NCBI GenBank assembly: GCA_965197745.1
Contig: CBDANS010000007.1
Span: 928,001-992,000 of the forward strand
DNA from: Opitutales bacterium
Lineage (GTDB): Bacteria; Verrucomicrobiota; Verrucomicrobiia; Opitutales; PNEW01
Length of the DNA stretch: 64,000 nucleotides
Direction: 5' to 3'
Under the pieces are notes generated by a model. The model was given only the letters and a program-made list of their open reading frames with translations, had not been told where the DNA came from and ran no database searches. Shown piece after piece: positions 10,998 to 20,807 of this stretch (position 1 is the first letter of the stretch; every line of letters begins with the position of its first letter). The translations under genes and the position numbers were made by a program.

Positions 10998-11705
10998 TCA
11001 GCCGGTATTTTTTTTATGCTCTTCGACGAGGGCTTTCACCATAGTCCATTTTTCTCGGGCACTGAGATCGGTACGACGGGCGATAATGCGTCCACCGGTC
11101 TCGAGTTCGCTAGTCACGCTGCAAGCTTCGACTATCTCGGTGTGATACTCGGCGGGAATCAAGTGCACTCCGTTAATATCAGCATGGAGTAGATCGCCGT
11201 GATCCACGGTAACGTCGCTGACGGTGATCGGTTCATTGGCCAGTTTGTAATTTACGGAAGCATGATCACTCATCGTGCCGGATCCATAGACGGTAAAACC
11301 TAGGTGGTTTATCGCTTCGAGGTCACGAATACCCCCATCGGCGACGAGACCGACACAACCACCTGCCTGAAACATCGCGCACATATAATCACCTGTTACG
11401 CACTCATGCGTCATTCGCGAACCCACTGATTTCATAACAATTATGGTTGGCACTTTTGAGGCCCGAATTTTTTCTTCCGCTTGCATTAAACCCTCGAGAT
11501 CTGTCTCAAGGTCCGGCGTGCTGGTATTGACAACTAAGGTCACAGCGACACCTACGATGGGATGGAGAAAGTGAGTCATCAGCTTAACATCTATGCCCAT
11601 GGTACATTTATGGTTGTCCTTGCAACCCAATAATGACAGCGATTCAGCGATAGCTGGCGTGTCATACTCACGTAATTGTTCGATCAACGCCAAGTCGACA
11701 GCCAT
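10998..11705 (-). CDS. RraA/HMG-aldolase family protein
   Basis: DTPAIAESL, GD.M, G.V.DGGIRD, DINGV motifs. Confidence 0.85.
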   Translation of the reverse strand: MAVDLALIEQLREYDTPAIAESLSLLGCKDNHKCTMGIDVKLMTHFLHPIVGVAVTLVVNTSTPDLETDLEGLMQAEEKIRASKVPTIIVMKSVGSRMTHECVTGDYMCAMFQAGGCVGLVADGGIRDLEAINHLGFTVYGSGTMSDHASVNYKLANEPITVSDVTVDHGDLLHADINGVHLIPAEYHTEIVEACSVTSELETGGRIIARRTDLSAREKWTMVKALVEEHKKNTG

Positions 11706-11760
11706 AATTCTAAGTTAATTGGATTTGCTTTAACAGATGTCAAGTACAGCTTTTTGAACC

Positions 11761-12927
11761 CTATGAGTAATTCCCTACAATAAGACTCTCGTTAGGCAGG
11801 TCGATTAATCGACGACTCCCTTTCTCCGTTATTAATATCGGGTCTTCGACGTGATAGCCCTCTCGACCTGGAAAGCCGAGGACAATTTCTACGGCAAAGA
11901 CCATTCCGGGTTCGAGCGGTTCATTCATATGAGGTCCCAGATAAGGAGATTCATGGATTTCCTGCCCGAGACTGTGACCGACCCAATTCATAGGAGTGAC
12001 CTTGTAGTAATCTCCCATTCCCCGGCGATAAATCTCATATAATTCTCGCCCTTCGACCCCAGGTTTCATGGCCTCGATGACTTGTTGATAAGCATCGAAC
12101 ATTGTTGCATAGATCGCCGTTTGCTCAGAAGACGGAGTCCCACATGCGAAAGTTCTGCCCACATCCGATTGGTAACCCTGATAGCAAACACCCATGTCAA
12201 AGCGGATTAGCTCACCGTTATGTACAGCGCAATCAGAAGGCGTAAGATGTTCAATAGCGGTTCTAACACCCGCTCCGCAGACCATGAATCCCAGTGGCGG
12301 TGCTCCCTCGAGCAAAAAGACTTCGTAAGCAACGGCTGCCAACTGCCGCTCGGTCACCCCTTCCTCCACCGCAGCCCACATCGCTTTGTACGCCTTCTCC
12401 ACAATTTGGGATGACCGGGTCAGGCGGTGAATCTCCTCCCCAGTCTTAACCTGTCGGAGGCGATTAAACACGTCGGAGGCTGCGATAAGCTGTGCATCGG
12501 GAAGATGCTTACGGATTAATTCATAGACACTCACAGGAGTATATTTCTCGTCGTAACCAATCCGGCTATTTTGAAATCCCAACTCTGAAATTTTACTCGC
12601 GAGATCGGTTTCGTGGGATCCTTCCCGGATGCTACCAGTGGCAGCATCAACAGATACACCGGCGAACTGACGAAAAGGAACAAGGTCGGTGACACTAGTC
12701 TCTTCTCGAACGGTCTCAAATTCGAAGTATGGCACAATCAGAGCGGGGTGTGCGTCTCGAGTTAAGAGAGCGAAAGTTGTATGTTCACGTTCGAACCGGT
12801 GTTCCATCATCCGGGTCACGCCACTGATATAACTGAAGTTCTCTGGTCGGCACGCGACGAGGATGTCGATGTCGGCTGCATTCAGAATCCGACGCACCCG
12901 GTCGTCGTCATATAATTGCCTTGTCAT
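11761..12927 (-). CDS. M24 family Xaa-Pro peptidase
   Basis: D.G..GYQSDVGRT, GHSLG.EIHE, E, HVED metal ligands. Confidence 0.9.
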   Translation of the reverse strand: MTRQLYDDDRVRRILNAADIDILVACRPENFSYISGVTRMMEHRFEREHTTFALLTRDAHPALIVPYFEFETVREETSVTDLVPFRQFAGVSVDAATGSIREGSHETDLASKISELGFQNSRIGYDEKYTPVSVYELIRKHLPDAQLIAASDVFNRLRQVKTGEEIHRLTRSSQIVEKAYKAMWAAVEEGVTERQLAAVAYEVFLLEGAPPLGFMVCGAGVRTAIEHLTPSDCAVHNGELIRFDMGVCYQGYQSDVGRTFACGTPSSEQTAIYATMFDAYQQVIEAMKPGVEGRELYEIYRRGMGDYYKVTPMNWVGHSLGQEIHESPYLGPHMNEPLEPGMVFAVEIVLGFPGREGYHVEDPILITEKGSRRLIDLPNESLIVGNYS

Positions 12928-13187
12928 ATTTACACTCCTAAATACTTGAGTTCAAAAACCGCAGTGGTGAATCTGATCCATCCCAGAATGGTATAACTTT
13001 GTTTTGATAATCTTTCATTCTTCTTTACCAAACAAAATTAGCTAGCAGGTTAACTGTGCTATACAGATTACACGTGAGCAACTTGGCTAAATTGCCACAA
13101 GAATATTTAAAATAGATTCAACTCAACTTATAGTAGAATAAATTGATCTATAAGTACTTAATTATTAATGTAAAGGGTTGAGAAACA

Positions 13188-13259
13188 TGGTGCCAGGGAG
13201 GAGAGTGTCAGGGCTACTCACTGGCGTTCGTGAAGAACTCCCGACAATCGGCTTATGAG
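13188..13259 (-). other. attR-like 3' fragment of tRNA(CAT) with a 28-nt insertion
   Basis: tggtgccagggaggagagt[28 nt]gaactcccgacaatcggcttatgag versus tRNA 16467-16511. Confidence 0.85.
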
Positions 13260-13293
13260 ATTACAATATTTTGGGGTCACTCCAACCCTTGGA

Positions 13294-16155
13294 TCAGAGG
13301 TCGATCCGAACTTCTTTCAGTCTAGGTGAACCACACCCATAAATCGAAATAAGTGTTGCTTTGTATTGTAACCACTGGGCGTCATTCGGTATTCCCTCAA
13401 TTGTTTTACCGGTGGTTTCATAATAAGAAGCGGTCCCCGTCGGACCCATCCAGACAGCGTCTTCAAGACCTGCTTCCGATTCGCTCCATCGGAGCTGGAA
13501 TTTTATTTTCAGAAGTTCTGTTTCTTCACTGTCCCAATGAATGCGGCGTGCTCTTCGATTCCCCAGCTCAAAGGAAGGGGATACATAGTTCTCTTCGGGC
13601 TTCCGGGTGAAAGCATTTCCCCGATCGAAGCTTGTCATCCCGTGGGGACCGAGTCCGGGGAAACCGGATACTTCATTCTTGTCAAACCCGTTAGGACTAT
13701 TCCAGTAAATCAATGAATCAACCTGGTGTCCAATATCGTTGCGATGACAGGCCAGTGCGATATCTATCCATCCGTCACGATTTAAATCCGCTTGGGTCAC
13801 CGCTCCAGCGGCATATCCGGGAAGATTGACAGGATTGTTAAAATCAATCCTTTTACCATCCCCGTAAAACAACTGTACCGGCGGAGTTCTCGATGTCGGG
13901 TTAGCATAGGCGGTCACAAGGATATCGAGGTTTTCATCGTTATTATAATCCGCGATCCCTGTAAAAACTGCGCTGTATCCAGACATCAATTCCTGAATGT
14001 TATCTTCCTGATATCCTTCAGGGCTTCCAAAATGAATACGCAATGTGTCTTTATGTCGTCTGCGGTGGCCAAGTATGCCGACAATGATATCCAGCCACCC
14101 GTCACTGTTAATATCTGCAACATTTACAGCTGCTGAATCTTCCAGGCCATGACATGGCACTTCCCATTTCCGGTCCTGGGAAAATCCTTTAGCGCTGCCG
14201 AGATATATTCGTATGAAGTTCCGCTTATCATGAAATAGGATATCAATATGGCCGTCGTTATTGACATCTCCCACGGCAGCCAGATCGCCTCTATTGTATA
14301 ATGAATCGGTTCTATTCAGAGAAAATCCGCTTGGTGACCCATAAAATATAGAAGAAGCATTATCCGGGTCATTTTCGCCGAGACTGTAACCAGCCGTAAC
14401 CGCAAGAATATCAAGATAACCATCCCGATTAAAATCGACCGCCTTCAGTTCACCATAGTCAATATCGGTAATTAAATCTATGTATTCATTCAATATCGGC
14501 CCTTTCGCGCCACCGCTGTAAATGCGAAATCCCTCCGGAATCGTAAAAACAATTTCGGGATACCCATCGCTATTCAAATCGGCAACGAAAGATACCGAAC
14601 TATGGATAGTTTGAAATTCGAGTCGATTATTCTCACTGTAATCTGCATTTTTATTACCTAGATACACATAAGAGGGTATACTATGCACATGTCCGTTAAG
14701 AACGTTATTGAAGATCACTTCCGGTTTCCCGTCTCCATCCAGGTCCCCAGCGGTGTTGCCCACGACTCCTATCGTATGCACCCAACTCGTCCGGTCCTCA
14801 GAATACCCGTCCGGTCCATTCCAATAGATAGGTGACTGGATATCGAATTCATTCTCCTTATAGTGCTTACTGATGATCAATTCCGGTAAACTATCCCCAT
14901 CGAGATCAGCTGCGGTTACCCAACGAGAGTTTTTTACTTCAATCAGTGCTTTCATCTTCTCTACGCTGTCTCCCGAACGGATCTGCACTCCGTCTGAGGT
15001 GGCAATAAGCAGGTCCGGGATACCATCATCATCTACATCAGAGATATCAGCGCGAATAACTCGCCTGCTGAATTCTGCAGAGTGACCTTCCGCTTCAATA
15101 ATCACCTGGTTCTCTACATCAATGTTACCTCCTTCATTCCAATATATGCGAACTTGAGCACTACCACAGAACGTCAAGTCGTTGCTCCCGTCCTGGTTCA
15201 GGTCCTCAAGTATAACCTGACGCGCTCCGTAAGTAGGTAAAGTGAAAGGCTCATCGGCATTTACCCCATCCGCTGTTCCCCAGAAGATTTTAGACTCCGT
15301 ATTCAAATCACTTTGACCAGTCCGGTAACTGGCCAAAACGATATCCGCATACTCATCGTTGTTCAGATCTCCTGTGGCGATACCTAAGGCACCTGTCGCG
15401 ATTATCCCATACTGCGCTCCCTCATCTTGAAAGGTGCGGTTTTCTCTTTGTATGTAGACGTGAGCTAATCGTGGTATTGCTGGATTGTGTCCATCTATCC
15501 AGGCGGAGGGGAAGAGTAAGTCGAGTTTTCCGTCATGGTTAATGTCAAGTGGCGCGACATCGAAAGCCCCAATCGTTGGAAGGTCGGTACGGCTCGCTTC
15601 CGGTCCCTCAGGACCTCCCCAATAAATATACGAGTCTAATTCCGAAGAGACTCCGTTCTGGGAGTTCACGGTCACGAGGTCATTATGTCCGTCACCATCC
15701 ACGTCGATAACCCGGCTCATCCATCCGCTATCCGCCGACATCTCGTGTCGTTTCCAATTTTCTCCCGGACCCTGATCGGTTGAATAGGCCCAGGTGGGAC
15801 CGCGTTCTATTCTATCGTGTGAATTTGCAAGGACCAGGTCTATATAACCGTCACTATTCACATCGAGGTTATTAATCATCTCAATAACACCATTGGCATT
15901 CACATAGAGATTGCTCCCCGCATTGTCGAATTGTCCTTTTGAAAAATCCTCAAACCCGTTGTGGACCCAAACCGGTTGCTCTTCCATAGCATCTGTCTCT
16001 TTCTCCTTTTTGCCCATGGAGTATAGGGGACTGCCAATAAGGAACAGCGTTACTAGTGCGTTAAGTGATGTTCGTATAGCATTCAATTTATTATAATAGT
16101 TCATGATTGATACGATTAAATATTTGGTGGATGTCGGGCTTTGCTCTCGGTACAA
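13294..16155 (-). CDS. Secreted FG-GAP/VCBS repeat protein (start probably ATG at 16104)
   Basis: DxNxDG repeats; collinear paralog of 478..3354, including the C-terminal GCGSP.LKEVRIDL. Confidence 0.85.
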   Translation of the reverse strand: MYREQSPTSTKYLIVSIMNYYNKLNAIRTSLNALVTLFLIGSPLYSMGKKEKETDAMEEQPVWVHNGFEDFSKGQFDNAGSNLYVNANGVIEMINNLDVNSDGYIDLVLANSHDRIERGPTWAYSTDQGPGENWKRHEMSADSGWMSRVIDVDGDGHNDLVTVNSQNGVSSELDSYIYWGGPEGPEASRTDLPTIGAFDVAPLDINHDGKLDLLFPSAWIDGHNPAIPRLAHVYIQRENRTFQDEGAQYGIIATGALGIATGDLNNDEYADIVLASYRTGQSDLNTESKIFWGTADGVNADEPFTLPTYGARQVILEDLNQDGSNDLTFCGSAQVRIYWNEGGNIDVENQVIIEAEGHSAEFSRRVIRADISDVDDDGIPDLLIATSDGVQIRSGDSVEKMKALIEVKNSRWVTAADLDGDSLPELIISKHYKENEFDIQSPIYWNGPDGYSEDRTSWVHTIGVVGNTAGDLDGDGKPEVIFNNVLNGHVHSIPSYVYLGNKNADYSENNRLEFQTIHSSVSFVADLNSDGYPEIVFTIPEGFRIYSGGAKGPILNEYIDLITDIDYGELKAVDFNRDGYLDILAVTAGYSLGENDPDNASSIFYGSPSGFSLNRTDSLYNRGDLAAVGDVNNDGHIDILFHDKRNFIRIYLGSAKGFSQDRKWEVPCHGLEDSAAVNVADINSDGWLDIIVGILGHRRRHKDTLRIHFGSPEGYQEDNIQELMSGYSAVFTGIADYNNDENLDILVTAYANPTSRTPPVQLFYGDGKRIDFNNPVNLPGYAAGAVTQADLNRDGWIDIALACHRNDIGHQVDSLIYWNSPNGFDKNEVSGFPGLGPHGMTSFDRGNAFTRKPEENYVSPSFELGNRRARRIHWDSEETELLKIKFQLRWSESEAGLEDAVWMGPTGTASYYETTGKTIEGIPNDAQWLQYKATLISIYGCGSPRLKEVRIDL

Positions 16156-16200
16156 ATTGATGATTGTCGATTGAATTTATCTGGAGGGACGCCTTCACTT

Positions 16201-16291
16201 AGTCAAGATCTCTCATATACATCAATCCCAAAACCCTTACCATCATGCCGGAACTAACACTGACTCTAGTAGAGTAAACGGGAGCAGGTCA
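16201..16291 (+). mobile_element. Fused IS3 remnants (type A subterminal piece + type B right end)
   Basis: agatctctcatatacatcaatc followed by gccggaactaacact..gtaaacgggagcaggtca. Confidence 0.75.
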
Positions 16292-16466
16292 GTTATAATG
16301 GTTTGGAATCTCATGAATGAAAGATGAAGATAAATTTTACAATCGCCTGTTATTACATGCTTGGTCAGGTGAAATATAACTTCTAAAAATGCCATTTATT
16401 CTAGGCCAAAACTAGTCCATTAGGAATTATAGCCTAACGATCAATAATGTAAGTTACTGCTATTCA

Positions 16467-16542
<76 letters not shown>

Positions 16543-16619
16543 ATAGGAGGGGTTAAGATCAAAGCAGCATGACACGTGGAGTCAAGACCGGGAATCAGTG
16601 AAAAGTGAACAGTGTACAG

Positions 16620-16722
16620 CCGCCGTCGTCCCGCATCTGCGCGATTATGGCGTGCCAAGGTGAACAGATTAGCTTCGTCTTCGCTTGCCACGGCGTAGTC
16701 CCGCAATCGCGGGGAGAAGACG
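16620..16722. repeat. Two REP-like palindromic units (ccgtc..acgccgtggcaagc family)
   Basis: Related units at 51411-51443 and 60657-60698. Confidence 0.65.
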
Positions 16723-16795
16723 GGTCTGTATCCCCGTCTTTTAAAGAATATATCAATAACTTAAAACTCTCCTGTCTTATTATTGTCAATAATGC

Positions 16796-18082
16796 TTGCA
16801 AGTAAACCTGATTGAGGCATTGTCTTACTTGATGGAGGCAATTAAAGGAAAACGTAAAAAGTCGAGTCCCCTTAATAGCTGGGAGCACCCGAATAAAAGT
16901 GCTATCACAGTCAGGGAAGTTATCAATAGAACCGCTGGCGATGATTACGGATTTTCCTGCCAGGTTATGATTCCCTCGAAGTTCGCGGGCAAGCGAATAA
17001 GAAGACAGTTCAAGGATAAAGAGGTCGCTTTTGCCTGGGCAAAAGAACAACACGAACAATTACTTCAACACGGGCAGCATCATTATAACCTGACCGGTTA
17101 CCAATCCAAGGATGCTTTCAATGCATTCGAAATACTGGAAGGTTTCGACATTACCCTCTTGCAGGCAGCGGAGTTTGCCAAGCTCCATTTGCATCCCCCG
17201 GCCGGTGATATCTCAGTGTTGGAGTTAACGGCAATATTGATTGAGGAAAAAGAAAAACAGAATCTGCGCTCGCGATCGATAAATGATATCCGCTCCCGGA
17301 TGGGAATCTTCTCAAGAAGCTTTGGGAGACGAGTGGTCAAAGAGATTTCACAGTCGGAAATAGAGGAGTGGCTCAATACCCTTAGCACCCTCTCGGTGAG
17401 AAGCATTATAAACTACCGCTTGTGCTTAAGCTCCTTTTTTAACTATGCCGTCAACCAGGGCTACCGGGTCGATAATCCCGTGAAGAGAATCCCCATGCCT
17501 AAAATAGACTGGAAGCCCCCTGTCATTCTCAAAGTCACTCAAGCGGAAGACTTGGTATTGCATGCGGCAAAGACCGATGAAGAAAAGGGGCTTTTACCTG
17601 TGGTCGCATTAGGACTGTTCGCAGGTTTAAGAAGCACTGAAATCTCGCGGCTTGACTGGTCTGCGATCGATCTGGAACGCAAGTTACTGACGGTTGGACC
17701 GCAGATAGCTAAAAAGCGCCAGTTAAGGGTTGTTGATCTAATGGACAATTGTGTAGCTTGGTTACAGTTATGCTTTAAAAAGACAGGGCGTATTGCACCA
17801 ACCAATTTATTCAAAAGCTTTGCAGAACTTACCAGAGAAGCGGGCTTTCCCAAGTGGAAAGAAAACTACAGCAATGCGATGCGCCACAGCTTCGGCAGCT
17901 ACTATTATGCCTTGACCAGTGATTCAAGCAAGACAGCAGCCATGCTGGGCCATAGATCGAGCGACCAGATGCTTTTTGATCATTACCGGAGTCTTGCTAG
18001 CAGAACAGAGGGGGAAAAATATTTCTCAATCCTCCCTGCAAATGCAGAGCAATCGGTTGTCGCATTTAACCCATTAGATTGA
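16796..18082 (+). CDS. Tyrosine recombinase/integrase
   Basis: AGLRSTEI, K, MRHSFGSYY, LGH, HY catalytic residues; SAM-like core-binding domain. Confidence 0.95.
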   Translation: MQVNLIEALSYLMEAIKGKRKKSSPLNSWEHPNKSAITVREVINRTAGDDYGFSCQVMIPSKFAGKRIRRQFKDKEVAFAWAKEQHEQLLQHGQHHYNLTGYQSKDAFNAFEILEGFDITLLQAAEFAKLHLHPPAGDISVLELTAILIEEKEKQNLRSRSINDIRSRMGIFSRSFGRRVVKEISQSEIEEWLNTLSTLSVRSIINYRLCLSSFFNYAVNQGYRVDNPVKRIPMPKIDWKPPVILKVTQAEDLVLHAAKTDEEKGLLPVVALGLFAGLRSTEISRLDWSAIDLERKLLTVGPQIAKKRQLRVVDLMDNCVAWLQLCFKKTGRIAPTNLFKSFAELTREAGFPKWKENYSNAMRHSFGSYYYALTSDSSKTAAMLGHRSSDQMLFDHYRSLASRTEGEKYFSILPANAEQSVVAFNPLD

Positions 18083-18823
18083 TGGGGTATTGCCATCCGG
18101 GTTCATGATACCCTTAAGCAGCGAATTTAGCTGTAAAACAACTTGATTCCAAACCTTCAACCGCTATCTGTGCCTTTTTTCCATGATTACTTTGGGTGAC
18201 ATCTTCAGCCTCACCAGCGAGGGGGTTGGCCAGATTAACGGTTACCGTAAGTGGGTCAGTTTGAAAAATATTGAGTTTGCACCGCGCCGTTAGTGTGTCA
18301 TAATCTTTCGTCGTGAATGAGAGAGCAAAACATTCCCGCAATGGCAAACAGCTTGCCGAGTGCGTCGTAGTGTTGGATACGGGCGAGCGGGAAATCAGCC
18401 ATAAGGTTGAGCCAGTGCATAAGTTCGGGCAGAAGGTCGAAGCCTCGTGGGCAAGGAAATTTATCATCGCAGTTCGGGGTATAATTGGGTGGATCCTTGC
18501 GGGCGGGAAAACTCACGCACAGGACAGCGCTCATGACAGCTAAGGGACAGGGATAGAAACACCCCAGAGGGTCTGTCGGTGCAGGAAGTGGGGAGAGTCG
18601 CGGGAGATACATTAGCCAGCGTGTTTCCAGTCGCATTTAAAACATGGCGGGGAGAACGATACCGGGTTAATCTCAAATTGCACCTTGCGTTCGCGAAGTT
18701 GTGAGGGCTAACATTATTGCAGATAAACAGGGATCATCTCCAGCAATTGAAGCGCTGGCTACAGTGCCTACTTTAAGTATTGGAGGGATGAGAGCAAAAG
18801 GTTGTCGCATTTAAACCATTAGA
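18046..18823 (+). repeat. 33-bp direct repeat (18046-18078 / 18791-18823) duplicating the integrase 3' end
   Basis: agagcaatcggttgtcgcatttaacccattaga versus agagcaaaaggttgtcgcatttaaaccattaga (30/33). Confidence 0.85.
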
Positions 18824-18835
18824 CCAGTAGCGTAC

Positions 18836-19839
18836 ATGAACCCATCAATCTACAATCCCTGTGAGGACGGCATAGCAGCAAAGGTATGGGAATTACTTCG
18901 ACGCAATAAAGCGTTTCAAGAAAAGACAAGAGAGCTTAAAAGTTTACGTGAGAAAGGGAGGGAAAAGGCGATGTGGAGTCAATCCAGGTTTGTAAATAAA
19001 GAAAATAATTCTTTTGCGAAGATTGCCTGGCACTGGATGCATGTACCAGTGATTATTTCATCTGGGCTTGCAAAAAAATAGTACGACCTGTAAGGATCGG
19101 TCCAATTCTAATAAATGACCAGGTTCAAGCTATCAAAGAATACCGAGAGGATAAGAGAAAAGGTCGTGCCCCATTAAAGATTGATTCAACCTGGCCCGAT
19201 ACCCCGCGAGGATTTCAGAATGCGTACAAGGCGCGTTGGTCGGAGTATACACCGGATACCTACGAGATCGTACCTTCAGGAATTTATGAAAATAAAGATG
19301 AAATACCCCCTGGGACATCAATAGCCCCTGAGCTGCTCTACGGATCCAAGAGGGAGGCAGATGATGATAGAGGCGATGATGCGGTAACGTATTGGAACTT
19401 TACACTAAGTTTTAATCGTTTATTTGCCATCCCTCAGGTCTCTATAAGAGGAAAAAGTTCCCGCAAAAAGATCATTAAATTTATCACCGAAAAACTGGAA
19501 GAAGTCCCACTGGCACCAAAAGTCCAGTTGTTTGGGACAGAGGCGCAGTGGAGATCCTTTCTAACTGTTGAATCCATTCGCGAATCTGATTCTTTATCAC
19601 GAGGGGTTGCGATTGAAAAAGCAATTGTAGAGCTGGGCTATGGCAGAGACCTTGACCCGGTTATTCGAAGAAACCGATACTATTCCCGAATTCAGGGACA
19701 GGTTGATGCGATCGATAACAGCAACGAAGATTTTCCCGATCAAAATGGTTGGATACAGCTCATTTATCCAAAGGTCTATCCACTCACAAAAATAATTAAG
19801 ATAGCTCAAGAAAGACAGGATTCACCTGTTCGCCAATAA
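18836..19839 (+). CDS. Frameshifted ~334-aa protein with a WELLRRN (DUF6499-like) N-terminus; putative element activator
   Basis: 81-aa ORF ends gcA AAA AAA tag; the -1 frame is open 19078-19839 with no ATG/GTG/TTG until 19528. Confidence 0.6.
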
Positions 19840-19884
19840 CATACAGTATACTTTAAAGTTACCGTAGAAGACAATCGAGACATT

Positions 19885-20160
19885 TTGCCCTATTGTATAG
19901 GGCATATGAATACCCCATTGTTAAATTCACTCGATTCAGTTCGTAACGACCCTCCCCTGTTACTGAGGGAGTCAGAGACTGCGGTAATGCTCGGGGTCTC
20001 CATTCGCACAGTACGAAATTACGACAAGCGCGGACTGCTTAAACCGATTCGCATTGGTGGCAGAAAGTTGTACCGCCGTGAGACGCTCTTAGCAACCCTG
20101 CAAAAACTGGAAGATCAGCAGTCAGCAGCCCGCAAACACAGGAAAAGACATGTCCGATAA
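19885..20160 (+). CDS. HTH DNA-binding protein, excisionase-like (start probably 19906)
   Basis: LLRESETAVMLGVSIRTVRNYDKRGLLKPIRIGGRKLYRR is a MerR/HTH_17-type winged helix. Confidence 0.8.
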   Translation: MPYCIGHMNTPLLNSLDSVRNDPPLLLRESETAVMLGVSIRTVRNYDKRGLLKPIRIGGRKLYRRETLLATLQKLEDQQSAARKHRKRHVR

Positions 20161-20734
20161 TCCAGCAGTTAACAAATTAACTTCCCGGCCATTTTACATC
20201 AAGTCGAAGGATGCGATGCAAATCATCACGAATACCATTGGAACTGGTTGGAAAAACCACGCGCTTGCCGTTTATGATGTTCTCAATTGCCTGGCTAATG
20301 ATAAAGGTGATCAACTGAAGCCATTTACTGTACCAGTTGGTTTAATAGCTTATCGTTCTGGTCTTTCCCGAAGAATGATCAGCGATATATTTGGATTGCT
20401 CAAAATGAAAGGGTTGATTGAAATAAAACACCAGAAAGGAAGAGGTAAATTTAATATTTACACAATAAAAATGCCACACACACAGGTGAGGGAAAGAGTA
20501 CTTCCTCAACCGCGTCCCCTTCCTAAAAATTACGATGAGTACATGGATATTTGCGATGCAATGGGTATTGGCGATAGAGCTTCTGACCCATTTTGGGAAC
20601 TACAAGAGAAAAATAACTGGAAGAGAAAAAATTTCCAGACTGGCCAATGGGAGCCGTTACATGACTGGCAAAAGGCATTAAGTAAGTTCATTGAGAAAGT
20701 GGAAAATGATATCGAGAACATAAATCATAATTAA
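20150..20734 (+). CDS. HTH protein, phage/IME replication initiator-like
   Basis: IAYRSGLSRRMI..L...GLI..NIY HTH; C-terminal FW...NW..LHDWQKA motif; overlaps the upstream gene. Confidence 0.55.
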   Translation: MSDNPAVNKLTSRPFYIKSKDAMQIITNTIGTGWKNHALAVYDVLNCLANDKGDQLKPFTVPVGLIAYRSGLSRRMISDIFGLLKMKGLIEIKHQKGRGKFNIYTIKMPHTQVRERVLPQPRPLPKNYDEYMDICDAMGIGDRASDPFWELQEKNNWKRKNFQTGQWEPLHDWQKALSKFIEKVENDIENINHN

Positions 20735-20807
20735 GAATGCGAGAGAGACATTTTTTGACGTGTTCGAGAATTTAGAAATTAACGGGCATTGCGGACAAAT
20801 TCTTTAG

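Noticed and set aside
10989..11000. cgggtccgatca as an IS3-A terminus at the RraA stop codon
   Set aside because: Only an 11-12 bp match. It is suggestive because it coincides with the XRE truncation, but too short to call.
13207..13234. tRNA intron or second functional tRNA
   Set aside because: The 5' half of the tRNA is missing and the insert belongs to the micro-insertion family.
18114..18676. Overlapping minus-strand ORFs as real genes
   Set aside because: Fragmentary with no recognisable motif; possibly one decayed gene.
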